From the IMG/VR virus record IMGVR_UViG_3300027759_006101, positions 62,001 to 126,000 of that record: a stretch of 64,000 nucleotides of DNA; one strand, written 5' to 3'. Below, one piece after another: positions 19,126 to 28,487 of the stretch (its first letter is position 1; every line of letters starts with the position of its first letter). Below the pieces are notes generated by a model. That model was not told the DNA's origin. It saw only the letters and a list, made by a program, of their open reading frames with translations, and did no database searches. The position numbers were made by a program, and so were the translations under genes.

Positions 19126-21568
19126 ATGCTCCGCAGCTTTCGCAGTCTGGGTTATCTAGAGAACATACCTTTGCAGTAAAATCGGTAGAATCAAAATCCT
19201 TCATTTGTTCTACTTCTTTGGGTTTTTCTACTTCTTGGATTGATGCACTTGAAAGATCAATTCCAAGCCCCTTTAATGCTTGGGCTTTAGGCTTGACACG
19301 GAGATAATACATTCCAGTCTTCAATCCTAATTTCCAACCAAACATATGAGCAGAAGAAAGCTTGGATGCAGTAGGTTCAGCCATAAACATATTCAATGAT
19401 TGTGACTGATCGATAAAGAATGAACGATCACGAGCCATTTCAAGAATAGACTTTCCCTTCATCTCCCAGACTGTCTTGTAAACTTCTTTAATATCAGTTG
19501 GAATTTCAGGAATGTTTTGTACTGAACCATTCTCATTGAATAACTTTAATCTAACATTGTCACTCCAGATACCAAGGTTGACAAGATCTTCTACAAGATG
19601 CTTGTTGATTACAGCGTATTCACCACTCAAAGTATTACGCTTGTAGAGATTGGTAGTGAAAGGCTCAAAACACTCGTTATTTCCAAGAATTTGAGCTGTT
19701 GAAGCTGTAGGCATTGGGGCAACTAACAAAGAGTTTCTCAAGCCAAATTGCTTGATTTCTTCTTTGAGCGCTGAAAAATCCCACATACCGGAGAGATCAT
19801 TTTCAGTAAGTCCCCAGAGGTCATATTGTAATAAGCCTTGAGATGCTGGAGATCCTTCAAAAGACGAATAAGAGCCATACTTCTTTGCTAAATCCTTAGA
19901 TGCAGTAAGAGCAGCAAAATAAATTGTTTCAAAAATATCTTTGTTCAATTTCTTTGCTTCATCTGATTCAAACGGCAAGCCCATCATAACAAAGGTGTCA
20001 GCTAATCCCTGGACACCTAAGCCAATAGGACGATGCTTGTTATTTGAATTCTTTGTTTCAGGTGTAGGGTAGAAATTTACATCAATAACTTGATTCAAAT
20101 TGACTGTTGCTTGGTAAACAACTTCGTATAAGAATTTGAAATCATATCTGCGTAATTTTTTATCCTTCTCACGAACTTTGCCAGATGGAATGACAACATA
20201 CTTAGGAAGAGCAACAGAAGCAAGATTACATACAGCAATTTCACTCTTGTCCGTATATTCTAGGATTTCTGTGCACAAATTTGAAGATTTGATTGTTCCA
20301 AGATTCTTCTGATTGCTCTTGTAATTACATGCATCCTTGTAAAGCATATAAGGAGTGCCAGTTTCAACTTGTGAATCTAAAATCTTTTCCCACAATTCAC
20401 GAGCCTTGATAGTCTTAAGCGCTTTACCTTCAGCTTCATACTTCTCAAAAAGCTCAGTAAAAGATTTCTTGTCTGGAGAATCGTATGCATCAATTAAACC
20501 TGGAACTTGATCAGGAGAGAATAATGACCAATTACCATCAGCTTCTACTCGCTTCATAAATAAGTCAGGAATCCACATAGCTAAGAATAAATCCCTTGCA
20601 CGTAATTCTTCTTTACCTTGGTTCTTACGAAGTTCAAGAAAATCAAAGATATCTCCGTGCCAAGGCTCAAGATAGACAGCAATTGAACCCTTACGCTTAC
20701 CACCACCTTGATCAACGTAACGAGCAGTTTCATTGAATACCTTGAGCATTGGGATAATGCCATTAGAATATCCATTAGTACCCTTGATGTAACTACCCTT
20801 TGCACGAATCTTGTGGATGTTAATACCAATTCCGCCAGCAGACTGAGAAATTAATGCACAATCTGAAAGTGTCTTGTAAATGCCTGGAATACTGTCATCG
20901 TCAATATCGAGCAAGAAGCAAGATGAAAGTTGAGGACGATTCGTTGAAGCATTGAAAAGAGTTGGTGTAGCGTGTGTGAAAAGGCCTTGTGAAAGCATAT
21001 CGTATGTCTTTTGAACCATTTCCAAATTGTCACGCCAGATACCAACAGCAACTCTCATATAGAGATGTTGTGGAGTTTCTGCTGAGACATTGTCGATTTT
21101 AAGTAAGTAAGATTTGCGTAAAGTCATAAATCCAAAATAATCAAAATTAAAATCTCTATCATGAACAATCATTGCATCAAGTTCTTGAGAGTATTTCTGG
21201 ATGACAGCATAAACTTCATCAGAAATCATTCCAGCACTATCACCAGTCTTTGGATTGATGTACTCGTAGAGCTTCTTAGCAATTACAGAGAAATCTTTTT
21301 CGACATCTTTGTAAAGTGCCGTAATAGCAATACGAGCAGCAAGTTTGCCAAAGTCAGGGTGTACAGTAACCATAGAAGCTGCTGTCTCTGCACTAAGCTG
21401 GTCAAGCTCAGTGCTAGAAACGCCATCATAAAGCCCAGAAACAACTTTGGTGCTTACAATATCGGGATCTACACGCTCATTCAAGCCATATGTCAGCTTC
21501 TTGATACGTGAGGAAATCTTTTCTAATTTTACTGGCTCTTTAGAACCATTACGCTTAAGGATATCCAT
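19124..21568 (-). CDS. nrdA: Ribonucleotide reductase class Ia alpha subunit with ATP cone
   Basis: N-terminal ATP cone, HATPTLFN, QLSSCF, SNLCTE, VCNLAS, PMPTAST, KTGMYYLR, C-terminal CESC. Confidence 0.97.
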   Translation of the reverse strand: MDILKRNGSKEPVKLEKISSRIKKLTYGLNERVDPDIVSTKVVSGLYDGVSSTELDQLSAETAASMVTVHPDFGKLAARIAITALYKDVEKDFSVIAKKLYEYINPKTGDSAGMISDEVYAVIQKYSQELDAMIVHDRDFNFDYFGFMTLRKSYLLKIDNVSAETPQHLYMRVAVGIWRDNLEMVQKTYDMLSQGLFTHATPTLFNASTNRPQLSSCFLLDIDDDSIPGIYKTLSDCALISQSAGGIGINIHKIRAKGSYIKGTNGYSNGIIPMLKVFNETARYVDQGGGKRKGSIAVYLEPWHGDIFDFLELRKNQGKEELRARDLFLAMWIPDLFMKRVEADGNWSLFSPDQVPGLIDAYDSPDKKSFTELFEKYEAEGKALKTIKARELWEKILDSQVETGTPYMLYKDACNYKSNQKNLGTIKSSNLCTEILEYTDKSEIAVCNLASVALPKYVVIPSGKVREKDKKLRRYDFKFLYEVVYQATVNLNQVIDVNFYPTPETKNSNNKHRPIGLGVQGLADTFVMMGLPFESDEAKKLNKDIFETIYFAALTASKDLAKKYGSYSSFEGSPASQGLLQYDLWGLTENDLSGMWDFSALKEEIKQFGLRNSLLVAPMPTASTAQILGNNECFEPFTTNLYKRNTLSGEYAVINKHLVEDLVNLGIWSDNVRLKLFNENGSVQNIPEIPTDIKEVYKTVWEMKGKSILEMARDRSFFIDQSQSLNMFMAEPTASKLSSAHMFGWKLGLKTGMYYLRVKPKAQALKGLGIDLSSASIQEVEKPKEVEQMKDFDSTDFTAKVCSLDNPDCESCGA

Positions 21569-21570
21569 AA

Positions 21571-22527
21571 CTAAAAGTCCTCATCAAATGAAATCTGTTC
21601 TTGAGCTTCGCCAACACCACTCTTTACATAGTCAGCAACACGTTTCTCAAAGAAGTTAGTTTTATTCTGCAGTGCAATGTTAGCCATAAAGTCAAAAGGA
21701 TTCTCAGTATTATAGACCTTTCCTACACCTAAGTCCATAAGGAGGCGATCAGAAACATATTCTAGATACTGCTTCATCAATTCAGAATTCATACCAATCA
21801 AAGAAACAGGCAGTGCTTCAGTGATAAATTCTTTCTCAATTGTAAGAGCCGAATCAATAATTTCAAGAATACGCTCACGAGAAAGCTTGTTCTCAATATG
21901 ATGCTTGTAAAGATGAACTGCGAAGTCTGTATGCAATCCTTCATCACGAGAGATTAATTCGTTTGAGAAAGAAAGACCAGGCATCAAACCACGCTTCTTC
22001 AACCAGAAAATAGAGCAGAAGGAACCGGAAAAGAAAATTCCCTCAACAGCAGCAAAAGCGATAAGACGCTCTACAAAAGACTCTGAACCAATCCATTTGA
22101 GAGCCCATTCTGCTTTCTTTTGAACAGCAGGAACAGTATCAATTGCGTTAAAAAGATGGTTTTGCTCTTCTTTGTCTTTGATATATGTGTCAATAAGAAG
22201 GGAGTATGTCTCGGAGTGGATATTCTCCATCATAATTTGGAAGCCGTAGAAAAATTTAGCTTCTGTGTACTGTACTTCGGCAACAAAATTTTCTGCTAAG
22301 TTTTCATTGACAATTCCATCAGATGCAGCAAAGAATGCCAGAACGTGCTTAACAAAATGTTGCTCTCCTTCATTTAGCTTTTCCCAATCAGTTAGATCTT
22401 GAGCTAGATCAATTTCTTCAGCAGTCCAAAAAACCTGCTGAGCCTTTTTGTAATAATCCCAAATGTCGTGATGTTCGATTGGGAATAAAACGAACCGATT
22501 CTTGTTCTCTTGTAATATCTTTTCCAT
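21571..22527 (-). CDS. nrdB: Ribonucleotide reductase class Ia beta subunit
   Basis: [44 protein letters not shown]. Confidence 0.97.
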   Translation of the reverse strand: MEKILQENKNRFVLFPIEHHDIWDYYKKAQQVFWTAEEIDLAQDLTDWEKLNEGEQHFVKHVLAFFAASDGIVNENLAENFVAEVQYTEAKFFYGFQIMMENIHSETYSLLIDTYIKDKEEQNHLFNAIDTVPAVQKKAEWALKWIGSESFVERLIAFAAVEGIFFSGSFCSIFWLKKRGLMPGLSFSNELISRDEGLHTDFAVHLYKHHIENKLSRERILEIIDSALTIEKEFITEALPVSLIGMNSELMKQYLEYVSDRLLMDLGVGKVYNTENPFDFMANIALQNKTNFFEKRVADYVKSGVGEAQEQISFDEDF

Positions 22528-22541
22528 AATGTTTCGACAAT

Positions 22542-22577
22542 AAAAAATATCTGAAAGTAAACTATCAGATATTTTTT
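22542..22577. terminator. Terminator-like hairpin directly upstream of nrdB
   Basis: AAAAAATATCTGA-N10-TCAGATATTTTTT. Confidence 0.6.
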
Positions 22578-22604
22578 ATCCCTTCCTTTTATTAGTATGA
22601 GGCT

Positions 22605-23042
22605 TTAAGTAAAATTTTGCAACTCTTCTGAGTCTATATTTTTGAGTTTTTGTATTATTACATCTAAATTCTTTTTATATAATCTATTTGCAATCATATA
22701 GTCTAAGAGAGTCTCTCTAATAATTTCAACATCTTCTTCCATACTACCGTCATAAATTTCACTGACTTTTTTATTAAAAGCAGTGTCTATCAAATGTTGA
22801 GCGTCTAGATTATCTGTCTTAAATCCACTTGGGTTCACATCTAATGAGGACAGCACAAAGAAACAATGAATTCCTTTAGCTTGTTCAATCAGAGTTTGCC
22901 AAGACTGGTTAACTGCACTATTTATATTCTGTTTTTTAGAAGAATTTTCCTGAAGATCAACCTTAATATTTCCGTCATTTCTTTTAGAAAAATAATCGGA
23001 TAAGAATTGTTTTTTCTGCTGAAGCCAAGTATATTTGTTCAT
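22605..23042 (-). CDS. Hypothetical protein
   Basis: 145-aa ORF in operon context. Confidence 0.55.
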   Translation of the reverse strand: MNKYTWLQQKKQFLSDYFSKRNDGNIKVDLQENSSKKQNINSAVNQSWQTLIEQAKGIHCFFVLSSLDVNPSGFKTDNLDAQHLIDTAFNKKVSEIYDGSMEEDVEIIRETLLDYMIANRLYKKNLDVIIQKLKNIDSEELQNFT

Positions 23043-23044
23043 AT

Positions 23045-23431
23045 CTATAGGGCAAATTTTATATCAATTGCAAAGATTCTTGTAGATATTCCCTTAGTTT
23101 TTTTTCCAGCAACTTCTGCATGATATTCTGACTGTCTGCACACTAATACAGATCCATTTGTAAGGCTTTCAACTTCTCTACTTGCAAGCCTAAAAGCAGA
23201 CATTACAGAATTGAGAGCAGTAGGACCAACACTTAAAATTCTGACATATTCATGATCTTTCAAAACGTGCAAAATGCTTCTACTTAAACCTACAGGATCG
23301 GTTGGCCTTCTACTAGGGTCTTCACTGTTAGGATCTCCTCCTCGGGCCTTTAAGATTCTAGGGTCGTTAATTTTATTCTTTGATTTATCATTTGTTGCAA
23401 TAGTGCTAACAGGATCTTCTAACTTTTCCAT
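23045..23431 (-). CDS. spoVS: SpoVS-like protein (Alba-like fold)
   Basis: ILK...DPVGLSRSILHVLKDHEYVRILSVGPTALNSVMSAFRLA...LVC...EVAGKKTKGI parallels SpoVS ILKV...PNSVAGALAGVLRERGAAEIQAIGAGALNQAVKAVAIA...LIC...IDGEERTAI. Confidence 0.7.
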   Translation of the reverse strand: MEKLEDPVSTIATNDKSKNKINDPRILKARGGDPNSEDPSRRPTDPVGLSRSILHVLKDHEYVRILSVGPTALNSVMSAFRLASREVESLTNGSVLVCRQSEYHAEVAGKKTKGISTRIFAIDIKFAL

Positions 23432-23433
23432 TT

Positions 23434-24408
23434 TTAATTTTCCTCTAAGCCAATAATTGATAATTTTGACTTAATATTTTCTACAGCGTTATTGAACTCT
23501 ATAGCAGTGCAATTGTATAATTTTGAATCAAACTTCAATTTAGACGAACCGTTCAAAATATTGTTAATAATTTTTGTTTCGACATCAGACATTGTCAAGT
23601 TTAATAAATCATTTACTTTATTTGAATCTTTGATATTGTCGTAATAACAAACATCTTCATTTTCATCTTCCTCGGACATATAAACACTTAAAGCCCTTGG
23701 AGAAACTGTCTGATGGTTAGGATGCAACTCATTGAACTTTTGAAATAACATACTCGAGTGCTTTGAAAGAATATGTTTTTTAATTACGGCAGTTCTTTTT
23801 TCAATCATACATTTTTCACAAGCGCCATCAACTTTATCTTTACAATCATCTGAACAATCATATGATCTTGGCATTTTGTGATTTTTACAAAAAGGACATC
23901 TTTCTAAATCTTCTAAAATAATCCCTGTGTTCTTTAAGTGATCCCAAAGAATATGATGATGATGATTGAGGATATGAGTGGAAAGTGGATTTACCCATTT
24001 TTCACAAATTGGGCATTTTTGAGTTGGATTTCTTTTACCAGCATTGTCAGCTTTTACTAAGTTGATATAGTTATGCTGAAGCGCTCCAATAAAATAATTT
24101 TTGAATTCACCACTACCGCCATATCTAGAAATTTTTCTAGTATTGCGTGGTTTCCAATTTGATAAAACATTGCAGAATATTTTAATATAATCTGAGGCAA
24201 AATCTTCTTGAGAGTCGTACAAATAATGATACTGACTCCACCACTCTTGCATGTGTAAATAAGGAGGATAGAGCTTACAAACTTCTTTGTATCCTCTATC
24301 TATCTTCCATTTATTTCCGGTTAATAAAGAATCTTGATAACGAAGTATTGCCTTTTCTAAGTTTTCTTGATTTTTCAACTTAATTTGTTTTGTAATATCC
24401 TGTTCCAC
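23434..24408 (-). CDS. Sigma-factor-like protein with inserted Cys/His zinc-finger region
   Basis: Region-2-like DFASDYIKIFCNVLSNW...EFKNYF...YINLVK...KR, then CPICEKWVNPLSTHILNHH, CPFC..H, C..C, HILSKH, then a degenerate region-4-like end. Confidence 0.45.
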   Translation of the reverse strand: MEQDITKQIKLKNQENLEKAILRYQDSLLTGNKWKIDRGYKEVCKLYPPYLHMQEWWSQYHYLYDSQEDFASDYIKIFCNVLSNWKPRNTRKISRYGGSGEFKNYFIGALQHNYINLVKADNAGKRNPTQKCPICEKWVNPLSTHILNHHHHILWDHLKNTGIILEDLERCPFCKNHKMPRSYDCSDDCKDKVDGACEKCMIEKRTAVIKKHILSKHSSMLFQKFNELHPNHQTVSPRALSVYMSEEDENEDVCYYDNIKDSNKVNDLLNLTMSDVETKIINNILNGSSKLKFDSKLYNCTAIEFNNAVENIKSKLSIIGLEEN

Positions 24409-24459
24409 AGTAGAACTCCTGAATATTACAATTATACTTTAATAACTTTAAAAGTAAAC

Positions 24460-26250
24460 TTATGCTGATTTTATATCTTCTATTATCATCACCAGATTAT
24501 TATTACCAGACCAGTTATCAAGTTCAAGGGTGTAAACTACGTCAACTTTATCGCCTGGTTTGAATTCGTTACAAATATATCCACGTCTCCAAGCATTAGC
24601 AGAAACCCAAGTCTTTTCACCATTTGACAACTTAAGCTTAGCGTGTTTGCCTTGTGTAAGAGATTTAGCTTCAACAAGAGTCATATTCTTAGTGATGAAT
24701 ATTGGATTATGGTTTCCACTTCCAAAAGGAGATATTTTCGATAGATGAACATATGTTTTTATATTCAAATCACTAAAAGGCATACGAGCATCAATATCAA
24801 TAATTTTCTCACTACTTGGTTCACCTAATTTATCTTGAGCATAATTATTTAATGCTTTTCTCATTGCTGGAATATTGTCTATCGGAAGTTCAAAACCAGC
24901 AGCAAAAGCATGACCTCCACAAACAGTACTACCATCTGCTCTTTTCTTAAATAATTTCCAAGCTTCTTCTGACTTAAGAGCATCCAAGATATTAAAATCT
25001 CGAGTAGAACGACAAGAGCCTTTAGCATATCCATCTTTTTTAAATGAACAAACCAGAGTAGGCTTATTGTACATTTCTGCAATTTTGCCAGCAATAAGAC
25101 CAATCAATCCTGGGTGCCAATCTTCTTCACCCAAAATCAATATATGCTCTTTCTCTAAATCAAAATTTCTCTCAACAAAATCAATTGCCTGTTGAGTAGC
25201 TTTTTCTTGCTGTTCTTGGCGGCGAGTGTTAGCGTTGTTCATCTGCTTGGCTAGATTAGCTGCTGTAATGTCATCTTTTGAAAGCATCAAGCTCAAAGCA
25301 GTGCCAGCATCAGCAAGTCTACCTATGGCATTGATTCTTGGGCCAATTTGAAAGCCAATAGTCGTGGGAGTAACATCTTTTACTCCAGCTATACGAAGAA
25401 GTTCTTTGATTCCAGGTTTGTTACTGTTTGAAAGAATTGAACAGCCATAATTTACAATAACTCTGTTCTCATCAATCATTGGGGCAACGTCAGCAACAGT
25501 GCCTAATGCTGCAAATTCAATAAGTTCATCAACAAATTCATAAACATTAAGTTTACGATAACGGGCTAATCCGAGCATCAATTTAAAAGCAATTCCACAA
25601 CCAGCCAAATAATCAAATGGATAGCGCTCAAAACTATCTTTCTTATGTGACTTAAAATGCTCTCCTGGATAGAAAGGATCGTCTCTGTTAGGATTGACTA
25701 CTGCCATTGCTTCAGGCAACGATCCATCTTCACTAGGATGATGGTGATCAGTAATAATCAAGTCAAGATTTTTCTCTTTTGCATATGCCCCAGTTTCAAA
25801 AGCAACAATTCCACAGTCAACACTCATAAGAAGAGTTGCACCAGAAGCCAAAGCCTGATCGACAGAATGAATCTTGATATCGTATCCATCTTCCATCCTA
25901 TGAGGGACTTTGTATTCTATATTTGCTCCCATTTTTTCAAGAGCAGTAACAACAATAGCCGTAGAAGTAATTCCATCTACGTCATAATCTCCCCAGACAA
26001 ATATTTTCTCTCCAGAGTCAATTGCTTTACTTATGCGTTTTATAGCTATGTCAGCATCAGGCAAAGACATTGGGTTGTGAAGTTTTTTGATTTTCAAGTC
26101 AAGGAATTGCTCAGCTTTTTTCACTGAATCAATACCACGAGTCATCATAACTTGAGCAATTGACAATGGCACTTCAAGTTCACAGGCAAGTTCTTTGACT
26201 GAACTCATATCACAACTACGCATTTTCCAAACTGTTTCTATTTTATCCAT
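24460..26250 (-). CDS. recJ: Single-stranded DNA exonuclease RecJ
   Basis: GDYDVDGITS, RMEDGY, VDCG, ITDHH (DHH), GTVADV, GPRINAIGR, GSCRS, GGHAFAAG, PFGSGNHNP. Confidence 0.95.
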   Translation of the reverse strand: MDKIETVWKMRSCDMSSVKELACELEVPLSIAQVMMTRGIDSVKKAEQFLDLKIKKLHNPMSLPDADIAIKRISKAIDSGEKIFVWGDYDVDGITSTAIVVTALEKMGANIEYKVPHRMEDGYDIKIHSVDQALASGATLLMSVDCGIVAFETGAYAKEKNLDLIITDHHHPSEDGSLPEAMAVVNPNRDDPFYPGEHFKSHKKDSFERYPFDYLAGCGIAFKLMLGLARYRKLNVYEFVDELIEFAALGTVADVAPMIDENRVIVNYGCSILSNSNKPGIKELLRIAGVKDVTPTTIGFQIGPRINAIGRLADAGTALSLMLSKDDITAANLAKQMNNANTRRQEQQEKATQQAIDFVERNFDLEKEHILILGEEDWHPGLIGLIAGKIAEMYNKPTLVCSFKKDGYAKGSCRSTRDFNILDALKSEEAWKLFKKRADGSTVCGGHAFAAGFELPIDNIPAMRKALNNYAQDKLGEPSSEKIIDIDARMPFSDLNIKTYVHLSKISPFGSGNHNPIFITKNMTLVEAKSLTQGKHAKLKLSNGEKTWVSANAWRRGYICNEFKPGDKVDVVYTLELDNWSGNNNLVMIIEDIKSA

Positions 26251-27007
26251 TGTTTTTTCTTATGATTATCTTATCTCTGCCCAATTCAATAGTTTCTAAA
26301 ATTACTTCATCTAATTTTGATAATGAGTTGTTTCTAGCAAGATCGTCTGGGTCCATACCATCACACAAATAAATACTAATTACATTTATTTGAAGATTTT
26401 TTATTGTTTCAATTGCTTTCTCTGTAGCTATTCTTCCAGGGTAATCACCATCCATCAATAAACAGATATTATCGCAATACCTTGAGGCTAGTGCTACTTG
26501 ACATTCATGTAGAGATGTGCCACATATAGCAGCAACATTTTCTATGCCTTTATCATACAATGAATAGACATCAAAATATCCTTCGGTTAATATGATGTAA
26601 TTTTTTTCTCTAGCTTTGTCTTTTGCTACATCAAGAAAAAATAAATTTCTATTTTTTTGATAAGGTTCATTAATCCATTTTCCTCTTTTCCACTTATCAA
26701 TTCTATCTTGGCATTTAGCAGGTTCATTGCCAAAGCTATTCCACATTGCTTCGATAGTTATCTCTTCTAATTCTGGAATTTGTCTACCAGCTAAAGCAAT
26801 AATTTCTCCGTATACATTTTTTATAGGAACAATTAATCTACCTTTTAGATAAGGAAAACTATATCTAGAGAACGGAGGACAAAAAGCTACCAATTTGTTT
26901 TCAGTAATCTTTTCTGAAAGATGTCTAGTTTTAAAATATTCTTGAACAACTTTATTTTCATCATAGTTGCGCAAAAATTGATTGTAGTTCAATTCAAAGC
27001 TGTTCAT
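26243..27007 (-). CDS. dnaG: DnaG primase catalytic core (TOPRIM) without its zinc-binding domain
   Basis: RLIVPI...IIALAGR, TEGYFDV, AAICGTSL, LMDGDYPGRIA, GMDPDD. Start moved to the ATG at 27007. Confidence 0.85.
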   Translation of the reverse strand: MNSFELNYNQFLRNYDENKVVQEYFKTRHLSEKITENKLVAFCPPFSRYSFPYLKGRLIVPIKNVYGEIIALAGRQIPELEEITIEAMWNSFGNEPAKCQDRIDKWKRGKWINEPYQKNRNLFFLDVAKDKAREKNYIILTEGYFDVYSLYDKGIENVAAICGTSLHECQVALASRYCDNICLLMDGDYPGRIATEKAIETIKNLQINVISIYLCDGMDPDDLARNNSLSKLDEVILETIELGRDKIIIRKNNG

Positions 27008-27085
27008 CAAACAAATTGTATCATTAAAGGTAAGAATAATCATCTACAAAGAAATAAAGAATATCATTTTATTCAAGGTTTAAGA

Positions 27086-28456
27086 ATGGATAAATTTCAG
27101 AAACTTTCACAATTATCAAAAGAAATACAAATTTTAGAGACTGCAGGTAAAATTAAGGCAGCAGAAGTCCTTCATAAAAAATTCATCAAGGAATCACAAT
27201 ATATGATGCCACAAATGATGCCTATGATGATGATGCCTCAAATGATGCCTCAAATGATGCCTCAAATGATGCCTCAAATGATGATGGCAAGACCAACAGC
27301 TACTGTCGCTCCAGCTGCAGTAGCTAGACCAGTTGTCAATCAAACTCCAACTTCGGCACCTACACCAGTAGTTGCTCCAACTCCAGTACAGCAAGGGCAG
27401 ACAGGGCAAACTGGGCAAGTTACGCCTCCTGCTCAATCTACGACACCTCCTACTACACAGCCACCTGTAGTAAACCCACCTGTGACAACTCCTCCTCCTA
27501 TGCCTATTGATAAAGTTAAGAGACAATACGGTGATGGTCAATCAAAAAATGAAGAGTTGCAATATCTTGATAAAGAGAAAAGAAGACTAGAAGAATTAGG
27601 TTACAATGATCCCAAAAGCCCCTTTTATCAACAGTATCTGACTATTATTGGTATGATAAATAGAAATAAAGGCGGCTCAATAATCAAAAAGAGTGAAAAT
27701 ATGAACAAATTACAAAAGTTAGCACAATTAAATAAAGATATTGAATTATTAGAAAACGCTGGAAAGTTCAAAGCAGCTGAAATTTTACAAAAGAAATTAC
27801 TTAAAGAAGCACAAACTTTTGGTTATGGTGACACAAGTAGTAATTTTGATGCTCCTGGATATTCTGGACCAAGACAAGATATGCCTGACACATATGCAAA
27901 CGTAGAACTTAATGAACAAATAAGACAGAATTTAAGAAATAATAAACAACAAAATCCTTCAACTCAAACATCAAATCCTACTGAGTCTGATACAGCTAAT
28001 GTAAATGCTTTCAATGAAGGTATGTATGGTCAAATAAACCCTTTATCTTCAACTTCACAGCTTGATTACAAGACATTAATCAACCAAGCAAAAAATTACA
28101 TTGCGAGTGGTGATATGAATACAGCTGCTCAAATTAAGCAGCAAGCATTAAATTCTAGTATGACTCCTCAACAAAAAGCAGCGTTTCAACAGCAATACAA
28201 CACTATAGTTCAAAATTATTCCAATACAGCTAATAACCCTGAAGCATTTCAGTCGCAAGAAAATGCTCAGAATGCAATCGCTAAAGCTGCTCAATCACTG
28301 GGCATAAACACAAATGATCCACAAGCAATAAGAAAGAATGAATTAAAACTGAGAAGCAAATTACAGCAAATGGGATTACTAAAAGATAAAAATGTCCAAA
28401 GTTTACTAAGACAAATTTCTTTAAGAGGTTACTATATACAGAACCCTAATAAGTAA
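27086..28456 (+). CDS. Low-complexity orphan protein made of two tagged modules
   Basis: MDKFQKLSQLSKEIQILETAGKIKAAE (27086) is repeated as MNKLQKLAQLNKDIELLENAGKFKAAE (27701). M/P/Q/T-rich. Start moved to the ATG at 27086. Confidence 0.65.
   Translation: MDKFQKLSQLSKEIQILETAGKIKAAEVLHKKFIKESQYMMPQMMPMMMMPQMMPQMMPQMMPQMMMARPTATVAPAAVARPVVNQTPTSAPTPVVAPTPVQQGQTGQTGQVTPPAQSTTPPTTQPPVVNPPVTTPPPMPIDKVKRQYGDGQSKNEELQYLDKEKRRLEELGYNDPKSPFYQQYLTIIGMINRNKGGSIIKKSENMNKLQKLAQLNKDIELLENAGKFKAAEILQKKLLKEAQTFGYGDTSSNFDAPGYSGPRQDMPDTYANVELNEQIRQNLRNNKQQNPSTQTSNPTESDTANVNAFNEGMYGQINPLSSTSQLDYKTLINQAKNYIASGDMNTAAQIKQQALNSSMTPQQKAAFQQQYNTIVQNYSNTANNPEAFQSQENAQNAIAKAAQSLGINTNDPQAIRKNELKLRSKLQQMGLLKDKNVQSLLRQISLRGYYIQNPNK
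27203..27286 (+). repeat. 12-bp tandem repeat ATGATGCCTCAA encoding (MMPQ)n
   Basis: Four near-perfect consecutive units plus degenerate flanking units. Confidence 0.9.
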
Positions 28457-28457
28457 T

Positions 28458-28485
28458 AAAAAACCCCTCTTTCGAGGGGTTTTTT
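28458..28485. terminator. Bidirectional intrinsic terminator
   Basis: A6-CCCCTC-TTTC-GAGGGG-T6 between convergent genes. Confidence 0.9.
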
Positions 28486-28487
28486 AT

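Noticed and set aside
27203-27286. CRISPR array or non-coding repeat
   Set aside because: The 12-bp units are adjacent with no spacers and lie in frame in a CDS. The same applies to the repeats at 12746-12832, about 58663-58720 and about 59150-59200.
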